Assembly (NCBI GenBank): GCA_963662285.2
Contig: CAXXMV010000008.1
Location: 128,001 to 192,000 of the forward strand
DNA: 64,000 bases
Direction: 5' to 3'
DNA from: a bacterium
GTDB lineage: Bacteria; Hinthialibacterota; Hinthialibacteria; Hinthialibacterales; Hinthialibacteraceae
Within the stretch, counting starts at the first letter, position 1. Each line of letters begins with the position of its first letter. A program made the position numbers and the translations under genes. This document shows positions 28,813 to 39,252 of the stretch, in pieces. The notes beneath the pieces were generated by a model, which did no database searches, was not told where the DNA came from, and worked only from the letters and a program-made list of their open reading frames with translations.

Positions 28813-30774
28813 ATGGGAAAGGTTATAGGAATCGACCTGGGCACTACTAACTCAGTCGTTGCTGTTATTGAAGGCGGCGAGCCTGTTGTTATTACAAACG
28901 CGGAAGGCGGTCGGACAACTCCTTCAGTTGTGGCATTCACCGACAATAATGAACGACTGGTAGGACAGGTCGCTAAACGCCAGGCTATCACAAATCCAAA
29001 CCGGACAGTATTTTCCGCCAAACGTTTTATTGGATTAGGCAAAGATGAAGTAAAAAAAGAAATTGAACGGGTACCATATTCCATAGGTACTGTTGACGGT
29101 CACGCCGTATTCGAAATCGATGGTAAAACCTATAAACCTGAAGAAATTTCCGCACGCGTTCTTCAAAAAATGAAGCAAACCGCTGAAGATTATCTCGGTC
29201 AAGAAGTGACTCAGGCTGTTATAACGGTTCCAGCCTATTTCAACGACAGTCAGCGGCAGTCCACTAAAGACGCCGGGCGCATCGCCGGTTTGGAAGTCTT
29301 ACGCATCATCAATGAGCCGACGGCTGCTGCTCTGGCTTATGGCCTTGATCGAAAAAAAGATGAAAAAATCGCCGTATTCGACTTTGGCGGTGGAACTTTC
29401 GACATCTCGATCCTCGAGCTGGGTGAAGGCGTATTCGAAGTTAAATCAACCAATGGCGACACTCATCTGGGCGGCGACGATATTGATCAGATTATTATTG
29501 ACTATATCGCTGATGAATTCAAAAAAGATAACGGCATTGATATCCGTAGTGATTCCATGGCTTTGCAACGCCTGAAGGATGCTGCCGAAAAAGCCAAATG
29601 CGAACTCTCCAGCGCTATGGAGACATCTATCGACATTCCGTTTATTACAGCGGACGCATCCGGCCCGAAACACTTGCAGGTCAAAATCACCCGTGCGAAA
29701 TTCGAGCAGATCGCCCGACCAATCATCGACCGCACTATCGCTCCCTGCAAAAAAGCCATTGTCGATGCCGGTTTATCCGCCAATGATATTGACGAAGTAA
29801 TCCTGGTCGGCGGCTCAACCCGCATCCCTTATGTCCAGAAGATCGTCAAAGACATATTTGGCAAAGAACCTCATAAGGGCGTTAATCCTGATGAAGTAGT
29901 CGCCATCGGCGCTGCAATCCAGGCTGGCGTACTCAGTAAGGAAGTCAAAGACGTCCTTCTGCTGGACGTTACGCCTCTCTCATTGGGAATCGAAACCCTG
30001 GGTGACGTATTTACCAGATTGATTGATCGCAACACCACTATTCCTACTCAGAAAAGCCAGATTTTCTCGACGGCGGCCAACAACCAACCAGCCGTCTCCA
30101 TCCATGTCCTGCAAGGCGAACGTGAAATCGCTTCACATAACCGTACTATAGGTCGATTCGATATGATCGGCATTCCTCCGGCGCCGCGCGGCATCCCTCA
30201 AATTGAAGTTAAATTCGATATCGACGCCAATGGCATTCTGCATGTTCATGCTAAAGACCTCGGTACAGGCAAAGAACAGAAAATCCGCATTGAGTCTTCC
30301 AGCGGTCTCTCCGAAGAAGAGATCAACCGTATGGTTGATGATGCAGAGCAACATGCCGAAGAAGATAAACAGAAAAAAGAAGAAGCCATGGCGCGCAATG
30401 ACGCTGATCAGCTGGTCTACGCAACTGAAAAATCGCTTGAAGACTATGGAGATAAAATCTCTGCTGAAGAAAAAGGCGCAATCGAAAACGCCGTCCAGGA
30501 ATTAAAAACCGCTATGGAAGGTTCTGATATTGAAGATATCAAAGCCAAGAAAGAATCGCTTGAAAAAGTAAGCCGGAAGTTAGGAGAAGCCATCTACGAA
30601 GAACTATCCAAACAACAGGCTGAAGCAGGCGCCGCCGGAGCAGGCGAAACTGGCGAAACCGGTAGTGCATCCGAAACAGACGATGAAGAAGCGCCGCAAG
30701 ATTCTGAAGAGAAAAAAGATAAGAAAGACAAAGATAACGTGGTTGACGCCGAATTCACGGTTGATAACGACTAA
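28813..30774 (+). CDS. dnaK: Chaperone DnaK
   Basis: [37 protein letters not shown]-terminal VVDAEF. Confidence 0.98.
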   Translation: MGKVIGIDLGTTNSVVAVIEGGEPVVITNAEGGRTTPSVVAFTDNNERLVGQVAKRQAITNPNRTVFSAKRFIGLGKDEVKKEIERVPYSIGTVDGHAVFEIDGKTYKPEEISARVLQKMKQTAEDYLGQEVTQAVITVPAYFNDSQRQSTKDAGRIAGLEVLRIINEPTAAALAYGLDRKKDEKIAVFDFGGGTFDISILELGEGVFEVKSTNGDTHLGGDDIDQIIIDYIADEFKKDNGIDIRSDSMALQRLKDAAEKAKCELSSAMETSIDIPFITADASGPKHLQVKITRAKFEQIARPIIDRTIAPCKKAIVDAGLSANDIDEVILVGGSTRIPYVQKIVKDIFGKEPHKGVNPDEVVAIGAAIQAGVLSKEVKDVLLLDVTPLSLGIETLGDVFTRLIDRNTTIPTQKSQIFSTAANNQPAVSIHVLQGEREIASHNRTIGRFDMIGIPPAPRGIPQIEVKFDIDANGILHVHAKDLGTGKEQKIRIESSSGLSEEEINRMVDDAEQHAEEDKQKKEEAMARNDADQLVYATEKSLEDYGDKISAEEKGAIENAVQELKTAMEGSDIEDIKAKKESLEKVSRKLGEAIYEELSKQQAEAGAAGAGETGETGSASETDDEEAPQDSEEKKDKKDKDNVVDAEFTVDND

Positions 30775-30791
30775 CTAAACAGCATATCTTC

Positions 30792-30824
30792 GCCGGGGGC
30801 TTTCAATTCAAGCCTCCGGCTTTT
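30792..30824 (+). terminator. Probable intrinsic terminator after dnaK
   Basis: gccgggggctt-tcaattc-aagcctccggc-tttt. Confidence 0.65.
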
Positions 30825-30866
30825 ATGATTGAAGTAACGAGGAAAAACTTAGGAGGTCGTTGTTTC

Positions 30867-31205
30867 ATGCCTACTTATGATTATGTTTGTGACAAATGCG
30901 GTCACGAATTTGAATATTTTCAATCGATGAGTGATGATCTACTGACAGATTGCCCGGAATGCAAAGCCAAGGGCAAAGTCCGCCGTTTAATAGGCTGCGG
31001 CGCAGGTATCATCTTTAAAGGCTCTGGATTCTACGAGACAGACTATAAACGCAAATCATCTTCTGGAAGTTCTAGTGAGAGCAGCAACGCCTCAACCTCA
31101 TCAAACAAATCCAAAGATGACAATAAATCTCGTGATAAGAAGAAATCCAGTGATGCTAAATCGACTAAAACTGAAAAGTCGAAAACAGGCAAAGAGGCGG
31201 CTTAA
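30867..31205 (+). CDS. FmdB-family zinc-ribbon protein
   Basis: MPTYDYVCDKCGH...CPEC...IIFKGSGFYETDY; RBS aggagg at 30851. Confidence 0.9.
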   Translation: MPTYDYVCDKCGHEFEYFQSMSDDLLTDCPECKAKGKVRRLIGCGAGIIFKGSGFYETDYKRKSSSGSSSESSNASTSSNKSKDDNKSRDKKKSSDAKSTKTEKSKTGKEAA

Positions 31206-31329
31206 AACGCCTGAGAGATTGTTAGTCGAAATTATATTCATAACTTAAGCGCCTTGGTCTTTAAAACAAAACCAGTTACGGGTACTTTTATGAAACGGTT
31301 GCAAAATCAAATTTTGGCGAACCACTCTA

Positions 31330-31734
31330 ATGGTTTTCAAGGAAATCATCACCATCCATCGCTTAAAACGCATTGCGCTCATCTGCGCAGTGATAATTAT
31401 ATTTGTAGCGCTAGCCCTGACTACGCGATTAACGATCTTATCAGCCAGGCACTTACAACAAGCGGAACTGGCCAGTCAATCTGGCCGGTTGGATGAGGCA
31501 ATAGAATTTTATACATGGTCGATACGTAATTACTTTCCAGGTAATACGTATACAAGACGCTCGGTTCGGGGAGCAATACAGGTCATAGATCAATACGATG
31601 AAAATAGCCAAATCGACAGGAAGAAAAATGCACTTCTCCATCTTCAGGCCGCTTTGTCGTCCATCCGTTCCTTTTATCAGCCCTATAGAGACCAATTGGT
31701 TATCATCCAACAACAGATTGATAACTTGCCTTAA
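31330..31734 (+). CDS. Membrane-anchored helical/TPR-like hypothetical protein
   Basis: N-terminal TM, then AIEFYTWSIRNYFPGN and LSSIRSFYQPY. Confidence 0.6.
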   Translation: MVFKEIITIHRLKRIALICAVIIIFVALALTTRLTILSARHLQQAELASQSGRLDEAIEFYTWSIRNYFPGNTYTRRSVRGAIQVIDQYDENSQIDRKKNALLHLQAALSSIRSFYQPYRDQLVIIQQQIDNLP

Positions 31735-32656
31735 ACATACTCTGTGGCATCCAATTCTCATCAATATTGCATTCATTACTCTATTAACCATAAGCCTATA
31801 CGTAACAGCCCTTGCTGAAGAAAATCAGACTATTGCGCCTGATAAGGAAATTGATTTTGAGATCACCATTAAGACTGATGGACCAATACCAGCCCAAACC
31901 ATCATTAATAAGGTTTTCGAGTGGAAAATTATTGTACGATGGTATGGCGCCAATGATTCCATCAATCCTCGAATTCATAAATTGCCCTCTTTTGATAACT
32001 TAAAATTAATATCACAGGCTACTTCAATGCTGACCGGAAGCGATCAGGGACGTCGATACGCCGAAAAAATCTTTATATTCAAAATACTACCCGTCAGTGA
32101 AGGCGATGCCAGCATCGGCGCCGCCACGGTGCGTTACGCGAAAAGCGAAGAGCAAAACGATAATTTCCTTACCACTGCTTCATCAACTTTAACTATCCAA
32201 CCAGCGCCTTTTTCTTTGCAAAAATGGTGCAGCCGACAATGGAGCAAAACATGGTTCAAGGTTCTTATATTAATTGTTTTAATAACAATAATTTTTTGCG
32301 TTACTCTTGCATTATATAGACGTAGGAATAAGGACATCCCTCAAGAGATTGAGGAAAAGGAAAATCCAGCGGATGTAGCATTGCAGGCTGCTCGTCGTTA
32401 CCGCATTGAAGGCGACCGATCAAGTTATATAAAACAACTAAAAAATGCTGTGCTATATTCTTTTACAGAGCGATTTCCGCAAATCAAATCGACTGATTTA
32501 ATGGATTTTCATGATCAAATAGATATTGAGCAACAAATTATTCTTGATCGTTTTATCGAGAATAGTGAACATTTACAATTCGCTCCGGTCTCTTCTTCAG
32601 CCGATCAACTAGATCGAGTAATGCAAGACGCCAGAAATTTGGCCGGGCTATTATAA
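31718..32656 (+). CDS. BatD-like Ig-domain membrane protein (start uncertain; track ORF begins at 31598)
   Basis: Signal-like segment, beta-sandwich with PVSEGDASIGAATVRY, TM helix, helical tail; in-frame TTG at 31718 avoids a long overlap. Confidence 0.55.
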   Translation: MITCLKHTLWHPILINIAFITLLTISLYVTALAEENQTIAPDKEIDFEITIKTDGPIPAQTIINKVFEWKIIVRWYGANDSINPRIHKLPSFDNLKLISQATSMLTGSDQGRRYAEKIFIFKILPVSEGDASIGAATVRYAKSEEQNDNFLTTASSTLTIQPAPFSLQKWCSRQWSKTWFKVLILIVLITIIFCVTLALYRRRNKDIPQEIEEKENPADVALQAARRYRIEGDRSSYIKQLKNAVLYSFTERFPQIKSTDLMDFHDQIDIEQQIILDRFIENSEHLQFAPVSSSADQLDRVMQDARNLAGLL

Positions 32657-32696
32657 ACAAACAAAAGCATCATACCCGAAACAAAGGAGGATCGCG

Positions 32697-33704
32697 TTGG
32701 TGAGCGAGTCAATAACTTCCAGTCAGGATATCCGAGAAATATCAGAGCGCATTCGTGAGGAAAGCGCATTTATTGCTCCCCTTCTCGAGCAGATCGACAA
32801 AATTATCGTCGGGCAACAATATATGGTGGAAAGGTTGCTGATCGGTCTTTTAACCGGTGGTCATGTATTGCTGGAGGGCGTACCGGGATTAGCCAAGACG
32901 CTTACCGTTTCAACCTTGGCTAAAACTATCAGGTCATCGTTTCAGCGCATCCAGTTCACTCCCGACTTGCTGCCCGCCGACTTGATCGGAACCTTGATCT
33001 TTAATCAGCAAACGGGAGAGTTCGTGCCTAAAAAAGGTCCACTATTCGCCCAGATTATTCTGGCTGATGAAATCAATCGCGCCCCGGCCAAAGTGCAAAG
33101 CGCTTTGCTGGAAGCCATGCAGGAAAAACAAGTAACCATCGGCGATACAACTTATCCACTTACCGCGCCATTCCTGGTTCTGGCTACTCAAAATCCCATC
33201 GAACAGGAAGGCACCTATCCGCTTCCCGAAGCTCAAGTGGATAGGTTTATGCTTAAACTGAAAATCAATTATCCCAGCAAAGCGGAAGAGCGTATCATAC
33301 TTGACCGCATGACGGGCGAAGCCCTGCCGGAAGCTGAAAAAGTCATTGATCCCGAGACGATAATTAAAGCGCAGAATGTGGTGCGTCAGGTTTATGTTGA
33401 TCCTAAAATCCGCGATTACATTGTTGATATCGTCTTCGCCACGCGCGAACCGAAACTGTTCAACCTTGATATTGAGGACTTGATCCAATACGGCGCATCA
33501 CCGCGAGCCACCATCTATTTAACTATGGCGGCCAAAGCGCATGCTTTCCTAAAGGGACGGGGATACGTCACGCCGGAAGACGTCAAGTCAATTGGCATGG
33601 ATGTTCTGCGCCACCGGGTTATTCTCAGTTATGAAGCCGAAGCCGAAGAGAAAACCCCTGAACAGGTCGTGCAAACCATCTTCGATCATATTGAAGTGCC
33701 CTAA
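32697..33704 (+). CDS. moxR: MoxR-family AAA+ ATPase
   Basis: HVLLEGVPGLAKT, RIQFTPDLLPAD, DEINRAPAKVQSALLEAMQE, EGTYPLPEAQVDRF. Confidence 0.95.
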   Translation: MVSESITSSQDIREISERIREESAFIAPLLEQIDKIIVGQQYMVERLLIGLLTGGHVLLEGVPGLAKTLTVSTLAKTIRSSFQRIQFTPDLLPADLIGTLIFNQQTGEFVPKKGPLFAQIILADEINRAPAKVQSALLEAMQEKQVTIGDTTYPLTAPFLVLATQNPIEQEGTYPLPEAQVDRFMLKLKINYPSKAEERIILDRMTGEALPEAEKVIDPETIIKAQNVVRQVYVDPKIRDYIVDIVFATREPKLFNLDIEDLIQYGASPRATIYLTMAAKAHAFLKGRGYVTPEDVKSIGMDVLRHRVILSYEAEAEEKTPEQVVQTIFDHIEVP

Positions 33705-33708
33705 GAAG

Positions 33709-33737
33709 GTAGGGCGCGCCCCTCGTGGGCGCCCGGT
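33709..33737 (+). repeat. GTAG-type REP
   Basis: gtagggcgcgcccctcgtgggcgcccggt, identical to 40422-40450. Confidence 0.85.
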
Positions 33738-33797
33738 TCACTCACCACCCCAAAGGGAGATGAGTTTCGAGTTTGAAAAGGTTCTTTGGTAAAAGAG

Positions 33798-33838
33798 ATT
33801 CCTCTCCCAAGATTGGGAGAGGCTAGGAGAGGGTTGAT
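33798..33838. repeat. BoxC-like half element
   Basis: cctctcccaagattgggagaggctaggagagggttg. Confidence 0.65.
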
Positions 33839-33885
33839 ATCAACAACTCTCGATAATAAACGCCCTTTTCAGGTTTAATAAAACC

Positions 33886-34787
33886 ATGACTGATAAACCG
33901 CAGGCATCCATAATCGTCCGGACTTACAATCGACCGAAAGGTTGATTGAATGCCTTCAGTCTATCCGTAAACAGACCTGTCAATCTTTTGAAACAGTAAT
34001 AGTCAACGATGCGGGGTCGGATGTTGAACACATAATTCAAGACGAACTAGGTTCCCTGCCCTTCCAGTATATATGCAACAAACAAAACATGGGGCGCACC
34101 GCAGCATTAAACATCGGCGTTGAAGCAGCTCAGGGAGCATACATCTGCTTTCTGGACGACGACGACGTAATCTATCCCGATCACATCAAGACGCTGACCG
34201 ATGCGGTTCGTAATCATAAACTTCCCATGGTCTACAGCGATGTTATCAACGTCACCTTCGAACAAAACAAAGACACGGGTGAGTGGATCCGCGCTAAAGA
34301 GCAATTGGTTTATTCGTTCGATTTTAATGCGGATAATTTCCTGTTGGCCAACTACATACCCATCACCTGTTGGTTAATCCGCCGTGATTGCTTTGATTCG
34401 GTTGGGCCTTTTGATGAGTCATTGCATATCTACGAAGATTGGGAATTCCTTATCCGCTTGTCACGCAAATTCAAATTCCTTCATATTCCCAAAATCACCG
34501 GCGAATACCGTCGGCGGGATGATAATTCCAATATTCTCGAACAAGACCAATATCCCATTAACGAGGGAGTCGTCAAGCGGCGCTACCGCGATAACCGCGA
34601 CGCAGCGTTTGACGCCATTTTCAAGCGCACTTTCCAGCAACATAGAGATATTAGAAACATGAATGCTCAGACTCAACAAACATTACGTCAGGCGGCTCAA
34701 TTGCAAACTCAATTGGGTGAAGCGCAAACCACGATTGTCAATTTGCAGCAACAGATAATTCAAATGCGTTCGGAGAAGTCATCATGA
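33886..34787 (+). pseudogene. GT2-family glycosyltransferase with apparent 1-bp frameshift near codon 18 (real or sequencing error)
   Basis: ATG 33886 encodes MTDKPQASIIVRTYNRPK then stops. The rest (LIECLQSI...VIVNDAGSD...FLDDDD...EDWEF) is in the -1 frame from 33942. Confidence 0.75.
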
Positions 34788-35659
34788 TGCCGCGCGAACT
34801 GCTCAGCCAGATCCGGCGTATAGAAATCCGCACCAACCGGATGGTCAACGATATTCTGGCCGGTGAATATCACTCCGTCTTCAAAGGGCAAGGTGTGGAG
34901 TTCGAAGAAGTACGCGAGTATCAACACGGCGATGACATCCGCACCATCGACTGGAATGTCACCGCCCGCATGGGCATCCCCTTCGTAAAGCGCTACCGCG
35001 AAGAACGCGAACTTACCGTAATGCTGATGGTGGATGCTTCATCATCCAGTATGTTTGGCACGGCGGAGAAGATGAAAGGCGAGTTGGCGGTCGAACTTTC
35101 AGCCGTACTGGCTTTTTCCGCCATCAAGAATAATGACCGGGTTGGTTTGATACTCTTCACAGATAAGGTGGAAAAATTCTTCCCCCCCAAAAAAGGCAAG
35201 AAACACGTTCTACGCCTCATTAGAGATTTGTTGACTTTTGAACCAACCGGCGGATCAACCGATATCAAGTCAGCGCTTGATTATATGGGCAAGATTTTAA
35301 CCCGTAAAAGCGTGGTCTTTTTGTTGTCTGATTTCATGAACCAGAATTACGAAGATGCTTTGCGGGTGGCAAACAAAAAGCATGACCTGATCACCATCAG
35401 CATCACTGATCCCCGCGAAGTCGAAATGCCGCCTATCGGCTTCCTCGAACTGGAGGATGCGGAGACGGGCGAAATCATCGTAATCGATACTTTCGATGCA
35501 TCGATCCGAAAGCGCTTTTCAGACACGGCGGCAGCCGATCTAGATAAAATGACGCTTAATTTCAAACGAATGAAAGTCGATCATGTTCCAGTGCGGACTG
35601 ATCAATCATATATAGATCCACTAGTACGCTTCTTCAAAAAAAGAGCGCAACGGTATTAA
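34784..35659 (+). CDS. DUF58 family protein
   Basis: GEYHSVFKGQGVEFEEVREYQHGDDIRTIDWNVTAR, LLSDF. Confidence 0.92.
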   Translation: MMPRELLSQIRRIEIRTNRMVNDILAGEYHSVFKGQGVEFEEVREYQHGDDIRTIDWNVTARMGIPFVKRYREERELTVMLMVDASSSSMFGTAEKMKGELAVELSAVLAFSAIKNNDRVGLILFTDKVEKFFPPKKGKKHVLRLIRDLLTFEPTGGSTDIKSALDYMGKILTRKSVVFLLSDFMNQNYEDALRVANKKHDLITISITDPREVEMPPIGFLELEDAETGEIIVIDTFDASIRKRFSDTAAADLDKMTLNFKRMKVDHVPVRTDQSYIDPLVRFFKKRAQRY

Positions 35660-35706
35660 GAAAACGCAACAGATCAGCAGAATGAAATGTTAAGATAAAA
35701 AATACT

Positions 35707-35826
35707 TAATAGGCTCACATTCTCCCCCCAAGCCTGGGGGGAGTTAGAGGGGGGTTGCGCAACCCCCTCCTAACCTCCCCCAGGCTTGGGGGAGGAATAT
35801 AGCGTTTCAATCGGCTGACATATTAC
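35707..35826. repeat. BoxC-like long palindromic element with conserved flanks
   Basis: ctccccccaagcctggggggagttagaggggggttg / caaccccctcctaacctcccccaggcttgggggag; flanks resemble those of the 51322 copy. Confidence 0.8.
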
Positions 35827-35848
35827 AATAAAACCAAAGAGGATTGCG

Positions 35849-37108
35849 ATGAAAGATATCGTTTTTTCAACCGTAACCATCTGTCTATTATTAGTAATTC
35901 TGGTCTTGATCCTGTTATCTCCCAGCGGCGGGACGCCGCAGAGTCCAGTGCTGCCCGAGCAAATGCGCACCCTGGCGGCGGCTCTTGAATCGCAGGGGCT
36001 TTATAAGCAAGCGGTCGATCAATACGCCAGTTACCTTGAGGTTGCTCAGGCGCCCGCCGAACAACGCGCCAATATTCTCTACCGCATGGGAACCATTTAC
36101 CTGGATCAATTAAGCGACTACGAAAACGCGCTGGCTTCTTTCCTGCGCATCAGTCATCTATATCCCAAAGCCGCAATCGTACGCGACGCCGAAAAGCGCA
36201 TGGTGCGCTGCTTTGAAGAGTTGCAGCGCGGCGGGGCGGCGCAAAGAAAATTGAAGCAACTGACCGACCTTGATCCCGATCAGGAGCCTCAAGGCGCCGG
36301 CCCGGTAGTCGCGCAGATCGGCGATAGAAAAATCACCCTGGATCAATTAGAGAGTGAACTGAACCAGATGCCTGATATGCAGCGCAAGCAATACGAAGCG
36401 CCTGACAAAAAGCGCGAATACCTGAAATCCAAATTATTCGAAGAACTGCTTTACGACATGGCCTTACGCAAGGAATACAACAAAGACCGCGAAGTACGCC
36501 AGCAGGTGCAGCGCATTGAGAAAATGATCCTGGCCCAAAAAGTGTTGCAAGAGGAAGTGACTCAAAAAATTCAAGTCTCTCAAGGCGATCTCGATCTCTA
36601 TTACAAAGCCAATCCCGACGAGTTCAAGATTCCTCTGTCACTACGCATATCACACATCCAAACCGCTGATGAAGAGAAGGCCAATCAGGCCAAAAAAGCA
36701 TTGGATGAGGGATTATCTTTCGCGGAAGCGGTCAACAAATTCTCTGAAGATGAACGCACCAAAGCTCGCGGCGGTTCCCTGGGCGCCATCTATCAAGGCG
36801 GACAGAGCATATCCGGCATCGGATCAGTCCCTGAAATAATCCAACAACTGATAACTTTGAACAAAGATGACGTCACTACTCCCATTAAAAGCGATAAGGG
36901 ATTTCATATTTTCAAAATTACCGAAAAAACGCCTGAACGTCAAATGCCGTTCGATGAAGTTAAATCGCAAGTTGAAGCGCGGCTCAAGCAACGCAAAGCC
37001 AGTGAACTGCAAACAGAACTGCTGCAACGTCTATTAAAAGCTGAGAAGGTGAAAATTTTCGATCAATCATTGATCGATCAACAACAGACGCAGAGCAGTT
37101 CAAATTAA
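35849..37108 (+). CDS. Membrane-anchored TPR + parvulin-type peptidyl-prolyl isomerase (PrsA/SurA-like foldase)
   Basis: N-terminal TM, TPR helices, VVAQIGDRKITL, ISHIQ, SFAEAVNKFSED, RGGSLG, PIKSDKGFHIFKI. Confidence 0.85.
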   Translation: MKDIVFSTVTICLLLVILVLILLSPSGGTPQSPVLPEQMRTLAAALESQGLYKQAVDQYASYLEVAQAPAEQRANILYRMGTIYLDQLSDYENALASFLRISHLYPKAAIVRDAEKRMVRCFEELQRGGAAQRKLKQLTDLDPDQEPQGAGPVVAQIGDRKITLDQLESELNQMPDMQRKQYEAPDKKREYLKSKLFEELLYDMALRKEYNKDREVRQQVQRIEKMILAQKVLQEEVTQKIQVSQGDLDLYYKANPDEFKIPLSLRISHIQTADEEKANQAKKALDEGLSFAEAVNKFSEDERTKARGGSLGAIYQGGQSISGIGSVPEIIQQLITLNKDDVTTPIKSDKGFHIFKITEKTPERQMPFDEVKSQVEARLKQRKASELQTELLQRLLKAEKVKIFDQSLIDQQQTQSSSN

Positions 37109-37143
37109 TAAGCCGTATATACAAGACGCCAAAAGAAAATAAC

Positions 37144-38232
37144 ATGACCACTAGTTTTCTCTTTTACGCCATAATAACGCTAAGCGCGATAGCCCAGACG
37201 CCGACCAACGCAACAGCGCCTATTGCAGTTCAAATCAATTCTGCAACCGCTATCGCTGATCCAGGCATTTCTTCAGCCGTTATCGCTGATCATCTGGTTC
37301 CAACCATTGAAACCAGAGTCGACCGCAGCGAGATGCTGATCGGAGACGTCTTTCATTTGACTATCTCCATCACCCGCGACCCAAGCATCCAGGTAATTCA
37401 AAGCGGCGCAGACCTCGATCTGGGTCAATTCACCATCAAAGAGATCAATCCCGGCAATGATGAAAAACTGGATAACGGTAAAATCAAACAGACCGTGGAT
37501 TATCAGTTATCCACCTTTTTCACAGGTGAATTTGAAATCCCCGCTTTCGATATCCTCTTTCACGACGAAAACGGCGCTCAGGGAACCTTACGTACTGCAC
37601 CCATCAAAATCACCGTGCGCAGTTTGACCCCTGAGGAATCGGAAGACCTCGACATCAGAGACATCAAAGAGCCGGTTCTGATCGATGGCCCCAGCCGCAT
37701 GTGGATCATTTGGACTTCTTTAATATCGCTTATCGCGCTAATCCTTCTGATCTATTTCGTGCGGCGTTATTTAAATAATAAAAAGAAAATCATCCCAGAC
37801 GAACCGCCCCTGCCGCCTCATCTGGAAGCTTATCAGGCATTACAAGCATTGCGGGAAAACCGCGATTGGCTGGAGCAACGGGATTACGAATTCTTTTCAA
37901 CGAAGGTCAGCGAAATAATCCGTCGATACACATCCCGCCGTTGGATCATTAACGCCCTGGATGAAACATCCGACGAGATCATGATGGAACTGAAAAACAT
38001 CAATCTCTCTAATGATATTATCATCAGTTTTTTCAATTTATTTGGAGACTGTGATTTAATGAAGTTCGCTAAACACCAACTGCCCTTAGATGAGTTGGAA
38101 GGACTGATCGATCAAGCCAAAAGCATCGTCGATCATACCTGCGAAACCTCAGAAGATATTGTAGATTCATCGGAAAATAAAGACACACCGGAACAAAAAG
38201 TAGAACCGGTAGAACCTGTAGACGAGGCGTAA
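37144..38232 (+). CDS. Bat-locus Ig-domain/TM protein (BatD-like N-terminus)
   Basis: IGDVFHLTISI, FFTGEFEIP, IRDIKEP, TM, PLPPHLEA, DLMKFAK. Confidence 0.75.
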   Translation: MTTSFLFYAIITLSAIAQTPTNATAPIAVQINSATAIADPGISSAVIADHLVPTIETRVDRSEMLIGDVFHLTISITRDPSIQVIQSGADLDLGQFTIKEINPGNDEKLDNGKIKQTVDYQLSTFFTGEFEIPAFDILFHDENGAQGTLRTAPIKITVRSLTPEESEDLDIRDIKEPVLIDGPSRMWIIWTSLISLIALILLIYFVRRYLNNKKKIIPDEPPLPPHLEAYQALQALRENRDWLEQRDYEFFSTKVSEIIRRYTSRRWIINALDETSDEIMMELKNINLSNDIIISFFNLFGDCDLMKFAKHQLPLDELEGLIDQAKSIVDHTCETSEDIVDSSENKDTPEQKVEPVEPVDEA

Positions 38233-39252
38233 ATGCGATTTGCTTACCAAGGTTACTTACTGCTGCTTCTGATCATCCCAATCCTGGCGTGGCGCTTTCG
38301 GCGGCGCGGCAGTGGAGCGCCATTGATCTATTCGGATATCAGCCGCATCAAAAAGATATTCGGAGTGCGCGGCGCCCGACGGCCTGTCACCCATAAGATA
38401 CGCCATCTGCTGGCCTATTTACGCTTTGTCGTACTGGCCTTGTTTATCCTGGCGTTGGCCAGACCGCAGGCCGAACTGATCAGCAGCCAGATATACACTG
38501 AAGGCATCGACATCATGCTGACCGTCGATGTATCTAACAGCATGGTGTTGATCGACATCGATATGGCTCAACGCCGCACGCGGTTAGATGTCACCAAGGA
38601 AGTCGTGCAATCTTTCGTGGAGGGACGTTCCAACGACCGCATTGGTATGACCGTCTTCGCCACCGACGCTTTCCTGCAATGCCCCCTGACCGTCGATTAC
38701 GGCATCGTCAAGAATTTCCTGTCTGAAATTAAACTGGAAATGATCCCCGGCAACAGCACCGCCATCGGCAACGCCATCGCCTCTTCGCTCAACCGCTTGC
38801 GTCATACCGAAGCCAAATCAAAGGTCATTATTCTAATCACTGACGGCGCCAGCAATTCCGGCGAAATTGATCCACTCACCGCCGCCGAGATGGCTAAAGC
38901 AATGGGAGTAAAAATTCACGCCATCGGCATCGGTGGAACCGGCGTTCCCTTCATCATGCAAAACGACCTGCTCTTCGGGCAGCACATGCGCAAAGTTCCC
39001 CAGGCCGAACGAATCGATGAAACAACTCTCAAAAAAATCGCTGAAACCACCGACGGCAAGTACTTCCGCGCCGCCAACACCGAGCAATTTAACGAGATAT
39101 TTAAATCTATCGATAAGATGGAAAAAAGCAATATTCAGACCCAGGGCAGCCGGCGTTACCGTGAACTGTTTTACTGGTTCCTCATTCCGGCGCTACTCCT
39201 GTTGTTGATTGAATTGATATTATCGCAAACGCGATTCAGGAAACTGCCATGA
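38233..39252 (+). CDS. batA: vWA domain protein BatA
   Basis: MRFAY, LALARPQ, GIDIMLTVDVSNSM, PLTVD, TAIGNA, ILITDG. Confidence 0.85.
   Translation: MRFAYQGYLLLLLIIPILAWRFRRRGSGAPLIYSDISRIKKIFGVRGARRPVTHKIRHLLAYLRFVVLALFILALARPQAELISSQIYTEGIDIMLTVDVSNSMVLIDIDMAQRRTRLDVTKEVVQSFVEGRSNDRIGMTVFATDAFLQCPLTVDYGIVKNFLSEIKLEMIPGNSTAIGNAIASSLNRLRHTEAKSKVIILITDGASNSGEIDPLTAAEMAKAMGVKIHAIGIGGTGVPFIMQNDLLFGQHMRKVPQAERIDETTLKKIAETTDGKYFRAANTEQFNEIFKSIDKMEKSNIQTQGSRRYRELFYWFLIPALLLLLIELILSQTRFRKLP

Noticed and set aside
30825-30866. Longer N-termini given in the ORF track (30825, 25284, 31598, 47354, 51282, 57153)
   Set aside because: Downstream starts have better RBS, signal peptide or family-start support, or avoid long overlaps.
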